From Acanthaster planci (taxonomy: Eukaryota): 64,000 nucleotides of DNA. Shown in pieces: positions 25,089 to 37,071 of the stretch (the first letter of the stretch is position 1; each line of letters opens with the position of its first letter). The stretch spans positions 992,789 to 1,056,788 of the forward strand of contig NW_019091356.1 of NCBI RefSeq assembly GCF_001949145.1, read 5' to 3'. Position numbers and translations under genes: made by a program. Below the pieces are notes generated by a model, which saw only the letters and a list, made by a program, of their open reading frames with translations, ran no database searches and was not told the DNA's origin.

Positions 25089-26760
25089 GTCCACGCCGTC
25101 CTGATGATATGAGGCAAAGTTATACAGGCAATGCAGAATGGAAAAGTTGATTCCATTTATGTCAGGACGATTAATGGATGATCAGCCATAAGAGGGCTTG
25201 TAATAAACCGGCCGTGAATCACATAGTGGTATTAAAGGCTACGAGACAGATAACCGTCATTGTTAAAGTGTGGAGTGCCTAACGTGCTATCATGTGGCTG
25301 GGTATTGTAACTGTAATCACCTAAGTCAAAATTATCATATTTTTCTGTAAATATTGATTTAATCATGAACCCCTCTATATTTAAACCAGGTTTTTTAAAA
25401 AAATATTTTCTGTTTCCATAGCCGTTCTAGACGAACTAGTAACGAGGTTCAGCTTCGGTGATTGAGAAAAGGATTTGCAACCTAGCTTTGACGCGTTATG
25501 AAGAACTTATGAAGAACTTGGCTAGGGGTGTGGTGGTGGGTTGGGTCGGTGATGAGATGGTGGTCGTGGTTAGTTATTACGACAATGATGGCCAGAAGAT
25601 GAGGGATAAGAGCTCCAGACTTTTCTCAGTATGAAGCCGATCAACCTCGTCATATATACAAAAACATTCGCGTCTACCTGACGCGAAAGCGTCAACGTGA
25701 CGTTGTACGCACCAACTTCAAAGCTCCCATCTCATAGAACGTGATGCGCTGGTTTACCCAGAATTTTCTCGTCGTTTTATACTCACTCTGCGGTACGCGT
25801 TCGTGATTTATTTCCCCTTTCCAAACCCTCACACAGTCAGTACCTATGTTAATCTTTTACCCATCTCTGGGTTAAAAAAACCAGATGGAGGCGTCTTCGT
25901 CTCACGAACTGACTGCCTGCCGGCCGCGCCTGGGAAAGGACACGGGCGATTAAGACAGGCCGGCCGGCTCTGCCGAAATTAACACTGCATAGAAAGTCAT
26001 GCATTTCTTTAAGAAAACATCTCTGTGGAATTTTAGTACAATGGGACGTTAAAATACACCGCTAATTTCTTTGTTTTCATTAGAAAGTGATATTGTTATA
26101 AGATGTGTATTTAGTGGTTTATTGGCTAACCAGGACTCAGGGACGGTGTTTGAACGGACCCTCCTCCAGGATCGGAGGAAACACCCACAGAAGGTCTCCT
26201 CATGGTCCATGTTTGATTCAATTTTGACGCAAGGATCGGTTTATAAGGAGAGTATAACTCCACCATCCTGCCAGTCGCTGTCCTTTCATCCCAACTCACT
26301 TTACAAAACCTTTTCGTTATTTTTTCTTTCTGTCCTGATCATCACTTACGATCGTCTCATTAATTCCACCGCTCTTCGGGATCAGTTGAGGACCCTTTGT
26401 CGTCAGGTTAATAAAACATTTACGAGATATCTCATGAATTCCATCTGCCTGTTGAGACACACCCAATACCTCGACCCCCCCCCATCCAATCCTCACTAAA
26501 TCTTGTCACCATTGCAGCCCGCACAGATGCCACACGCGTTTAATTCTTCTAATTTTCCAATTTCTGCCAGAAGTCTTACACCGGAAACCTTGTCTGCAGC
26601 ACTAGCGGGTGTATCAGTGTCCGCGCCGTCTTTTTTAGGGGGATGCTTCGCTAAGATAATGCCGCTTTGATAATTTAATTTCATCTCACATCTGCTAGAA
26701 AGTTCATTGGTCTCTGTTCTAGCTTCTCAAAACTTGAAGTGGCGACAAAAGTAATATATA

Positions 26761-26970
26761 TTTATTCAGTGCTGGGGTGATAGAATTAAGTCAAGTATGG
26801 ACCTCTTTGCTTTTCAGGGATGTATCGTGATTTGTACTGAATCACTGTTTAATTTAAAGGACTTTGCATGTGAGAGCTTAGAACTCGGAGGCTTAATTGT
26901 TCGGGGTTCGAACCCTCGACTGTCAGGTTTTTTAACGCAGGTGTATCGGCCATCCGAATACTCCAGATAC
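26761..26970 (-). mobile_element. Possible tRNA-derived SINE remnant
   Basis: B-box-like gggttcgaaccc at 26904-26915, with a weak A-box-like tggccga upstream on the minus strand and an AATAAA/AT-rich tail near 26761. No full cloverleaf. Confidence 0.35.
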
Positions 26971-29900
26971 CAGGGTTTCCTGGCCGTTAATTCGAAACCA
27001 TTGTGAGTTTATGACCGGACGAGTTCGCATCGGTTTTGAATGCAAACGCGACTAGTCTTTTCCATCACTACCAATGTGTCCTGTCACGACTTAACATTAT
27101 GAACTGCGACAGATTCTAGGCGTTATTTGACTCTTAAACTTCAGGAAAAAAAAGTAGATACCGTCACCGGACAATGTTTGCCATGGAAGCTATTCTGCTT
27201 GGGTAATTTTTCTCCTGACAGGGGGAGGTCCGTCCGACAAGGCTGTTTGTTCCTGTTGTCGCCCGAGTAATCTCTGCAGTTCGACACGGCTTGACGCTCT
27301 CGCCTGCTGACGATGACGACCTGACGGCCAGCTTGCCTCGCATGACTGAGCTTAGTGGAAAGAGAAAACGATCTGATCCGGTTCGCTTTTAGTTTGATTA
27401 AAAAAAAGGTGAAAAAAGCTCAGAATGAAACGTAGGTAAGAAACGTTGGATGTAGGCAAGAAACTTATAGTAGGCCTAATGGTAAAGACAATATTTGAAT
27501 GAAAACGACTGAGTTACAATTCAAATTCCCCGCGTTGAAATCCATTCTTCTAAATGCATCAAGTGGGCTGCTCTCTTTTTCCTCAAAATAGGCATACACC
27601 ATGACAAAGCAAGTCCATCGTGTATACAAACCTGAGAGAAGTGAACCCGGACAAATTAAGAATCTCATTGTGCAGTGTGTGAAGTTTGAAACTAGAAAGT
27701 CACTTCTTAGTTGGCCTGATGCAAAATAAAGAAACTTCGTGAGACTCAAAGAACAACAACAACAAATAATAATAATAAAAATCGATCTTTTAAAGATAAA
27801 TTCTGCTGCCAAGGCTTCAAATACGTGTTCATAAGAGTTGGGAGGTAACCACCTGGAAAAAAAGGGGGGAGGGGGGATTTGCAAATCTCCCCCCACACAA
27901 ATTCTTCCATCGTCATTCAGCAAAGACAAATAACAAACGCGTGCCTGTCAACCACCGCAGTGACAGCACGTGCCGTGTCTTATCGATAAGATATCCCTGC
28001 CTTGTCCCGTCCATGAACTTCTGACAGAAGTCGAGCTGATGACCTGTGAAGAAGAGTGAGCATAATCGAAGTACCACTGCCGATCCTCTTCTTAAAGGTA
28101 TGCTACCTCATCTATCGAGGTTTATCCAGTCCGTTTACACATCTACCCGTCTGTTGTTTAAAGCCGGAATATGATCAAAGCTGCCGTCAAAATTCAAATT
28201 CGTACCTTCTTTTGTACAAGAGGACAAAAAGAATGTTTGCTTTAAGAATTGACATAAAGTGTTATCATTTCCAGTACTCCTAAATTATTCAATAATTTGC
28301 TGTGTTCTGAATGATAGTTATCTCGATTTCGTTTGCAGTGTTGCCATGAGTACCTTTCATTTTTAGAGAACTTGAATTTAAAAAGCGTCTTGTCACTTTT
28401 TGTATTGTCGGTAGCGGATTGAAGGAATATCATCCAGTGTCATTTTTCAGTAACGTGGGGGAGAAAGATCGTAAAGGGGGGGGGGAGATTAAATCCTTTT
28501 CCAAGGAAGTTCCTGCCGCTCCTTTTTCAAATATATTTACCACCCGTTGAATAATTCAGTATTGACGTCACGAAATATACATGTCCATGTACTGTACACA
28601 AGTCATGGGTGCTGTGTGACCGATTCCTTCGTCTTTTTGAAGGTTTTATTAAGACATTGAAAACATTTATTGCAGGTCCTGAACAGGACTCATGCGTTTT
28701 GTAAATTTGATATAACATCTTGAAGTTTAGGGGACAGCTACTTTCAGGTTTAAGACAAAGATATGACTGAAATCAAAATGTCCCTGAAGAATTCGGTTGC
28801 TTGCAAGACACCACGGGCTCTGTTTCGAAGAAAGTCTTCATTAATTGGCAGTAATTTGTTAAGCTCAAAGAATAACGGCTAAAAGAGGTGGGGTGTAGAA
28901 TTAGTTAATGCTTCTGCCCTAGAGGTTGAGAAGCCTACATGTAAAATTGTATTACCGAGCACCGAAGCAGGAAATTTGCGGTTTCAGAGTCCCCATTCCC
29001 CAAGTTTCAGACTCTCCGAAGAGAAGTTTCGAGAGGTATACTCTTGTACCAAGGCCTGTAATCTAATTGGGAGGAGCGGTGACAGAGACTGTCAACGCAT
29101 GACCTAACACCGATGATGGTCGGAAAGGATTGATTAAGGTCGAGTTACCCCAGGTGACCGAGCAGGGGGTGATTGACTGGTACCGGGGATCGCAGCGGCG
29201 GCCCTGTATACCTCCCAGCCTGACCTGTGCTCCGTCGCATGCGAGCTGATGACGGTGGAAAACTTAGGATTTTTGTGAGCGCGCGTTGGTGATGTACTAG
29301 ATTTGAGGGGGGGGGGGAGGGGCCTACATGACATTGTTTCAGAGGGCAAGTGAAAAACAATGATTTTATGATCCTAAACTGAACGTAGTTACAGTTAACG
29401 TTTAATGCCACTCCCCAACATTGCTTGATGAACACAGCCTTCCGTGGATTCCTTAACAAAAGAACACCAATCCATAACTTTCCATAAAATTACTGTTTAT
29501 TCAATTTATTAAATCTCCTTTCCAGCGATTTCGAGGGCACTTGACTTAGCCTCTAAAATGGTCGAGTTTTAGGTAAGAATATTTAATGGTCATTGTTTGG
29601 CCCGTAGTCATGCTAACGTGGGTCTCAGTGTATCTACCCCACTTACGGTAGGCTACCACAACCGTTTCACGAATGTTTACAATCTGCATAATAATTGGAA
29701 AATTGGAATAAAATTTTGCCGAATTAGCCCCACTTTTAAACTCTGTTACCAACAGTCTTAATTATGTGCTTCTCATAATTATTACTGTATAACCCACGTC
29801 ACAGAAACACCGTAATACGACCCGATCTGTAAGATTTTCTCTTCAAACTTGCGGGACAATCATTATGCTGGATAAAGAGATGTGAACTAAAGGACGGGAC

Positions 29901-30500
29901 TCTAAATTAAAGTGGTTGATGATTTCATTTCGCATCAATTCAAAAACTCTTAAGTACTTCAAGATCATTTGTTTGCAAAGGGTTGTCTTATTCCTATGCA
30001 GACAAAATTTCACGATGACGCAAATTTGCAATCGACGGATATTCACAAACCGTGACCAGTCGCTCTCCTTTGGTTGTCGTTAGCGGGCGCAAAGAAAACC
30101 CACATTGACGTAAATAATTTTACAAGAAGAGAATCATTTATTGTACACACAAAAATAAACATCCGTTTTAAAAGACGTCTTGTTCTGACGTGAACATCTG
30201 TTTGCTTTACGTGCAGAAGTTTTTCTCATAACGTGGTAATATATAGCCATGCACAAATGGACTTTTTCATAATCACCGGCCGAGACTTTTTCAATGTACT
30301 AGTTGCATGGAATGAAAGAATGTCGTATTATTGATCTGAATTTTCTTACTTTGGTGTCTCTGATAAAGTCAAGGCCAAGATCGTTTCCAGGGTAATGAGA
30401 TTTGACGACAAAAACACTCCTGACTCCCCATTCCTAGCTATGCATTTCGTTTTCCAAAGCGGTCAAAAAATCCTAAAAACTGTTCGATCGGGCAGCAAAT

Positions 30501-30607
30501 AATGTATAAGGCTAGATAAAACTGGACCGATGAAAATGTATAGGGCTAGATAAAACTGGACCGATGAAAATGTATAGGGCTAGATAAAACTGGACCGATG
30601 AAAATGT
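30501..30607. repeat. Minisatellite, 34-bp unit, about 3.1 copies
   Basis: aatgtatagggctagataaaactggaccgatgaa at 30501 (one mismatch), 30535 and 30569. Confidence 0.97.
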
Positions 30608-33600
30608 TGATCACAAAAGATAAATATTAATATTGTTTTCTGCAAAATAAATAATGCTCCTACGTTTTGAGCGAGACACTCATCCATGACGAGCCATAGG
30701 CACACACACACACGTCAATCTCGTCATCAACTCGTCTGGCAGACAGTCAGTCTCGGATTAAAACTGCTATACAACCCGGCAACCCGCAGCCCCCCCCCGT
30801 TCACAAATTCATAACACGTTTATGTAACAACTGGCCAAATACACATCGAAAAAAATCCCTGAAAACGAACGCGTAATGATATCCATATAGATGTGTTTTG
30901 CAGAGTTTTTGGAGTAGACATTTGGCGCCCAGTGTCATTAGATGTGCACACAGGCGGAAATTCTATGGCTTCCCTGCCATATTTGCAGGCGACATCCAAG
31001 GTTAGGGCTAGACCATGGCTCATATGCAATATTAATTGTCATTTCTTGGAGACGAGGGGGAATCACCCCATACACAGATTAGATGAATCAAATGTCATAT
31101 GTATGTGAAAGCTGGCCGATATGTGTGAATTCAAAGGTGCTTGAAGATTTTTTTAATCGTTTGAAGAAAGAGTCACAAGGAAATAAAAAGTTTATCAATT
31201 CGGGGTCTAACAAAATGGCAATTAGTCAGTATGAACGTCTTTCAAAGGTGTTTAAAAATTGTTTTCCTATGTAAAGTTTATCAACAATAGCTCTGCATAT
31301 CTAACATTACAGTGCTGCAAGCATTTCAGGAGATGAAAATACAAAAGCCTCTTTTGTGTAAATATCAAAGTTGTCAACTATTTTCAAAGTTGCACTTTGT
31401 GTCGGTGGTATGTTGAATCTTTAATGATGGGTTTCGCCTTTACAGTGCGTGTTGTGAATGTAATTCGGTGTGAGGGGTAAAAATCCATTATTAAAACAGT
31501 ATCAAAGGTATTTTAATAATCCAAAACAGTGGAAGGTGCAAAAGTTTGGAACTCTTTGAAAGAAAGGCATTCGCAAACAAAAGTTGCTTAGGGATAAACT
31601 TATTGTTCGTCTTTCTTTATAACCAAGATGTCTTCAGGACAGTCTGAAGAGAAATGGCATAATTTATAGAACAGTTGGGCCACCTTCTGAGAAATGTTCA
31701 TCTCGTTTCAATGCAATTACCGTAATACAAAAACCAGCACTCTCACACCGCAAGGTCAAATCATTAATATATTTGACATGTGCTTGCGAGTTAATAAACC
31801 AAAAAAAAAAACTGCACAAAACAGAAAACCACCAGCACTTATACTAGAAAGAACGCAAACAGACGGCCCTTAATCTCAAAATTACAAGCCATATTTTCCA
31901 GCTCTGGGTTTTTGAGGTATCAGGGGACAATCTCACGGCGCCTGGTCGGTATCTCGAGACTGAACATCGGGGCGAAATGTGCGACCTTCCTCCACGGCCT
32001 GTCACTCTTAATTAGCGTCGGAGGCCGTTGAAAATAACTTTTAACGGACAAGTTGAACCGACAACACTCACGGAAACCACTCACCGACTGCTTGAAACCT
32101 AGGCCATGCCACAGTGGGACCATTGAACAGTAAATGAACCAACAGCTGGAGTTAAAATTCCGAGTCGCATAATCTCCGTCATTTGCTCATATCTGCTAAA
32201 TTTTAATTGACACAGGAACTTTCCTACTATAATTATTGTTTTGCTGTTTGGGAAACAACATTTTAATTCGTGAAGCTTTTTTTCTGGTTTGAAAAAAAAG
32301 TCTATTATTTTCATATTTTTTATTTATTATTCATTATTTCGATTTGGGCCAGTTTGGTGCTTGCTCAGAGAGAAACATCCCTATACTTCACTTGAAACTC
32401 ACAACGCATCAATTCAGCTACATACTTGCAATTGTGGACAAATCATGACTAACCTGACATAAGCAAGCGAACCGCGCGAGTAAGATTTGAAGATATGCCA
32501 AGTGGACGGACGAGTAAACTGTGCGCCATGTTGGCCGTCACGCGCAGGTTAATTAAGTGTCTTTAGAATGGTCAAGAGATGGTCCTACGAATGAATAAAG
32601 ACGGGTGTGTTATTCAGTGGCTCAGCCCAAAACTAAGATCGTCTCCCGATCACAGAGACAGACTTTAACGACCATACAAGAATCTTCTCTAGTCCGACCA
32701 ATCGTCTCGATAGAATGTACAATGTTACAATATTTGAGACATGACAGCGATACAATGAACATTTGATAACATAATTGACTTATCTTGTTTATTCCTTCCA
32801 AACAACCCGGCCTAGTGACTGGGGAAATGGTTGCAAGAGTGCACTCCGAGGTAAACAGGTTCCATTGCTCACAATGTTGGCTGGGGTATAGACAAAACGT
32901 CGCCCTCAAACACGACACCGGTACTGTACACGTGTTCAGGACGCTGGCCTTGATATTTTCATGTGAACAGAAGCACAGAATTGTTAATCTAAAACACACG
33001 GAAATGGTGTGTAAGTTTCTAAAGACTGGTAAACATCCACCAAAGGTTTTTTCCATATTTGGTAAAATAGTCCTGTCTTTGACGACGTCATCAAGAACAG
33101 ACATTAATCAGGAAAATGTCTGTTTCTAGAGCAGCTCCGAATTTCAGAATGGAAAACAGGCCTATTGGCACACATTCAATTCCTATCCTTTTCTTGATCC
33201 AGCGAAACATTGGAACACCGGCTCAAATTCCTATTTTTCTGGTCTGAACAAGCTGGCATCAATACTTGCCGACACAAATAAAAACAACCAGAAATGTTAT
33301 TTTTTGATAACTAATCATAACAAGAAGATCAGCAACAATGACGGACAACCTACCGTCTTGCCTCCGCACAGCTGTGGCCGATTTTCCGCACAATTGGTAT
33401 CAAAGGAAGATACCGCGTATTGGGCCCGTGCGCGGCCCGTCCTTTCTGGCCGACCCGAACGGGTCGATGACAGGCCGGCAACACCACAGTCAAAGCGGCC
33501 GCATTACACCTGATATTTATAGTAAGGCACTGTAAAATAATATTGATAATCTTTGTTCAACACGGGATCTGCCGCCTGGTACTGAAGCGACGGTTTTGAG

Positions 33601-34732
33601 ACAACTGTAGCTGCAGAGGTCACACACATGGTAATTTTTCTATTTTTATGACTAAGGCGGTCTCTCCGATAAGGTGAAGGAATTTTGTTCAGTTTATTTT
33701 ATCAAATGCCGCAAAATGTTCATATAACAATGTCCCACAATGCTCCGAATTCGTCACATTCGTAACTCACCACTTCCGTGAGCGAATTCTGATCATATTA
33801 ATAGAGTACATGTGGATTGACAACTGAAGCCCTATCTGTGCATTACTTGTACGTATCTTATACGGGAGAATCTGAACGGTAGAGGGCGCTTCTTTTTAGA
33901 CTGTGCCGTCGGCACGATGTTTGGGCGGACAGAGCGCAGCATGGCGTACGGGCAAGAGTTATATTCCAGTAGGGTGTACATTAACCTTTGTACATGTATT
34001 TCCAAAGGTGATTTGATGGGGCAATCCTGATAAAAATTTCAGCCCTTTCGACACCCTTGGGAGAAAGTGATGTCTCTTTGTCAGAATAATGCAAACAAAT
34101 GGAAGAAGACTGGTCCCAAACCACTTTTTCCCGTCGAGTTGTAACTCGCCTTTGTTGCATTCGAGTGTCATACTTCACAAACGCAGTAATTTTTTCGCAT
34201 TCAAAACTGAAAGGTTTTTTATTTAACTCGAAAGAGGAGTTTCGAAAGAGCCACGGCTACCTTCAAAAGCTATCTCTAAGTTAACAAATAATGGGAAGAT
34301 ATCGCTAATTAATTTGATCAATCCCATGCAACGATGACATTATCTTGGCGTATTATCAAGCGCTTCCATGAGCCAGTGATCCGGGAACACGGGGCCAGAG
34401 AGCCGCCGGCCGCTACCCGCTAGCTACGCTCAATCTTCCACGGTGACATTGCGTCATGTCAACTCACTCCCTCTGGACGTCAAGTCAACAGCGGATTAAG
34501 CCCTTTTCGTACACTGACTCCAGCGCACTTCAGTGTCTACCATCGACGTGAGTGATCAGTGCATGCGCCAACCCACACCGGAATCAGTGCACGGTTGGGC
34601 TGGTTGGCTCCAGAAAGTCTGGGATCCCGGGTCGACTACACGTCGCGCTCCGCGCGCTGCCGCGTCCAGCAAAAACGCATGAATCACCCAGGCCTGGGCT
34701 TTTATTCCTCGGACCGCTTAGAATAAAGAGGA

Positions 34733-34753
34733 AGAGAGAGAGAGAGAGAGAGA
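34733..34753. repeat. (AG)n microsatellite
   Basis: Run of about 10 AG units followed by a G run. Confidence 0.9.
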
Positions 34754-35920
34754 GGGGGGGGAGAAAAAATGCCAGGGATGTTTTATTATTTGATTTCTTG
34801 CCGTTTCTTTTACGCCTACCATTGTTTTCATTTACCGCTGGAAAATAACGACGGGCAACAAGGCGAGTATCATCTCCGCTGTGGCTCGCTGCTTGACGGG
34901 AAGAGCAAGTCGACCGTCCGGATCGCTCTTCAGTCTCCGCCGATGATGAATTTCCTTGTTTTTGTTGCCGGTGTTTGCTTGCAAATGCTGAAGCTTGACT
35001 GATCTTTTTAATTTCGAGCGCAAATTACCCCTCAGAATGATGATAGGTACACAAACCGGTGCCCCATTACCATTTTTTTCTCAGGGGCGATAATTAAAGT
35101 TTTTGCCACAATTCATCTGTGGGATCTAACATTTCACACAGGGGGCAGGGTCAATGATAGGGTAATACGATTCACATGGCACTGCGCACAGCCCTTTGTT
35201 CTCACAGTACCGAGTTCCCATCCATGCGAACCGATCTTAATATCTAGAATTTTACTGAACATTTCCAAGGCCTTTTTCCAGAAAGTCCCCTCCCAATCTA
35301 CGCGTGCTTCATGCCTGGTTATCGTCGTCTTGTTCCCGTTTTGTCTCCCATCAACCACCACACGAGGCTCACAACGTGTCCTTTGCACCACCTTCGCTCA
35401 TTTTATGTCAAAGCAATCCTTCCTATACATCAACCCAGTAAATGACACCAGTCAGCTTCGCTGGGATCCACACATCAACAAACATGCTCCCATCATGGCG
35501 TACACACCTAGCAATACAGGCTTTCCAGCACATACAACTCGGCATCCATTAATCTGTCTACCCAGCAACGTGCACACCGCCCAAGTCCAGTCATCATGCT
35601 GTCTTAAGCAATCAATTTCACAATCCATACCACAAGTCACATCCTCAATGTGCACAGCATTCTATTGTTTCACACCATGGCAATAATACTCCATTGAATA
35701 GATACAATAACCATGCATGCTAGTATTGGATGATTTGATCAAATACCACGTACTCTGTCATTCAAAACTCAATGAAAGTATGAATTCGAGGCCAAAGCAC
35801 CAGAAAACTACGCCCATCCCTCAAATTTTAAGCTCAATGAGACAACTCTTCAGCATATTCACATAATTTGGAAAAAGTCAAGGATGACACATACATATCA
35901 AGAGTGCATATTAAATTGTT

Positions 35921-35926
35921 TTTATT
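35921..35926 (-). terminator. Candidate polyadenylation signal (AATAAA) of Smad6/7
   Basis: tttatt on the plus strand about 310 nt past the stop codon, after an AT-rich 3'UTR-like tract (about 36149-36195). Confidence 0.5.
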
Positions 35927-36235
35927 GGTAACAACCATCTGCCTCATCTCTGTAAATGCAATGTGAATCATTTCTGGTGTATAAAAGAAAATCTGTCCGT
36001 AAGTGTACAGAAATGGGGGTATATCTTAACTAACATGGATTTCCATGGAGGGGGATTTGTTTTTTTTTCGATCTGTGTTTGTTAATAACAAAGAGGAGAG
36101 TACAACCGCACCATAAATTACATTGTAAAAATGAGTCCATATTTACAGTATTATAATATATAATATATATATAATATATAAAATATTATATTAGATCTAG
36201 AAGTGTACATAAAATGTCTGCAGATTGGGACAGTG

Positions 36236-36774
36236 TCAACGTGGTCTGGTCAGGATAACCTCAAGCCAGCAGGGGCAAGAGGTGATGAACTGCCGAGAGT
36301 AACGGGGTCCCCATCCTTTGATGAAGCTGATGCGGATGGAGTGCGGATCCACTGGTCCATCTGGGGGTTCGGGCTCTCGCCTGGCGTGCTCCAGCATCTG
36401 CGACTTGGCAAAGTCGAAGATCTTGATGGAGAAGCCCGGCAGGAGCTTATGCACGGTCAACGTCCGAGAAGGGGGCAGGGCATCCAGCGTAGGGGAGTTG
36501 ACAAATAAGGCAAAGTTGCTACGGTTATACATCCACACGCCATCCACTTCCCGGCTCAAGGTCAGCCCGCAGCCGACCTTCCTTCGAGTTCTGATGACGG
36601 ATTCCGAGCGCTCCTCGCGGTGTAACGACCGGAGGCAGAACCCGTCTCCGTGAGGTAGTTCATAGAAGATATTTACAGAGTCCAAGAATACTGTGTACAT
36701 GCGTCCCACTCGTGACCGGTGCTCCCAATATGCTATATGACACCAGTGAGGCTGCCCTCTACTGTCCTGAGCAT
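36236..36774 (-). CDS. Smad6: Inhibitory Smad (Smad6/7), terminal coding exon encoding the MH2 domain
   Basis: Translation contains [33 protein letters not shown] and [37 protein letters not shown], a recognisable I-Smad MH2 with no C-terminal SSxS. On the minus strand a polypyrimidine acceptor (ttcctttttgtttctcctttgcacag) precedes 36774, phase 1. TGA at 36238-36236. The ORF-track start at 36793 is intronic. Confidence 0.97.
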
Positions 36775-37015
36775 CTGTGCAAAGGAGAAACAAAAAGGAA
36801 AATCAAACAACATAATCAACGTCGCACAAAAAGTCAGTGACACTGGAAAAATTGACTTTACAGGTGATTTCCTGGTTTAAGAAAAAGGGAAAGGAATAGG
36901 GAGGAGTTGAGGGCTAGATGGGCTGAAATTTATCGAAAGTTCAAAACCTCAAACCTTCAGCTACCCGTTCTAGCCATAAATGCCCCTTTTAATTGAAAGA
37001 CTGTTTTCTCTGAAA

Positions 37016-37071
37016 ACAACAACAGCAGCAGCAGCAGCAGCAGCAACAGCAACAGCAGCAACAACAACAAC
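37016..37071. repeat. Compound (CAA/CAG)n microsatellite in the Smad6/7 intron
   Basis: Direct reading: caacaacagcagcagcagcagcagcagcaacagcaacagcagcaacaacaacaac. Confidence 0.95.

Noticed and set aside
26904..26915. tRNA gene
   Set aside because: Only a B-box/T-loop-like motif with no cloverleaf; kept as a weak SINE call.
30916..30929. AGAC-attt-GGCGCC as a BMP response element
   Set aside because: Spacer is 4 nt; the established element needs 5.
36203..36653. Plus-strand ORFs overlapping the MH2 exon
   Set aside because: Antisense shadows of the GC-rich Smad6/7 coding exon.
37016..37071. Polyglutamine coding tract
   Set aside because: Lies antisense within the Smad6/7 intron with no supporting ORF or splice sites.
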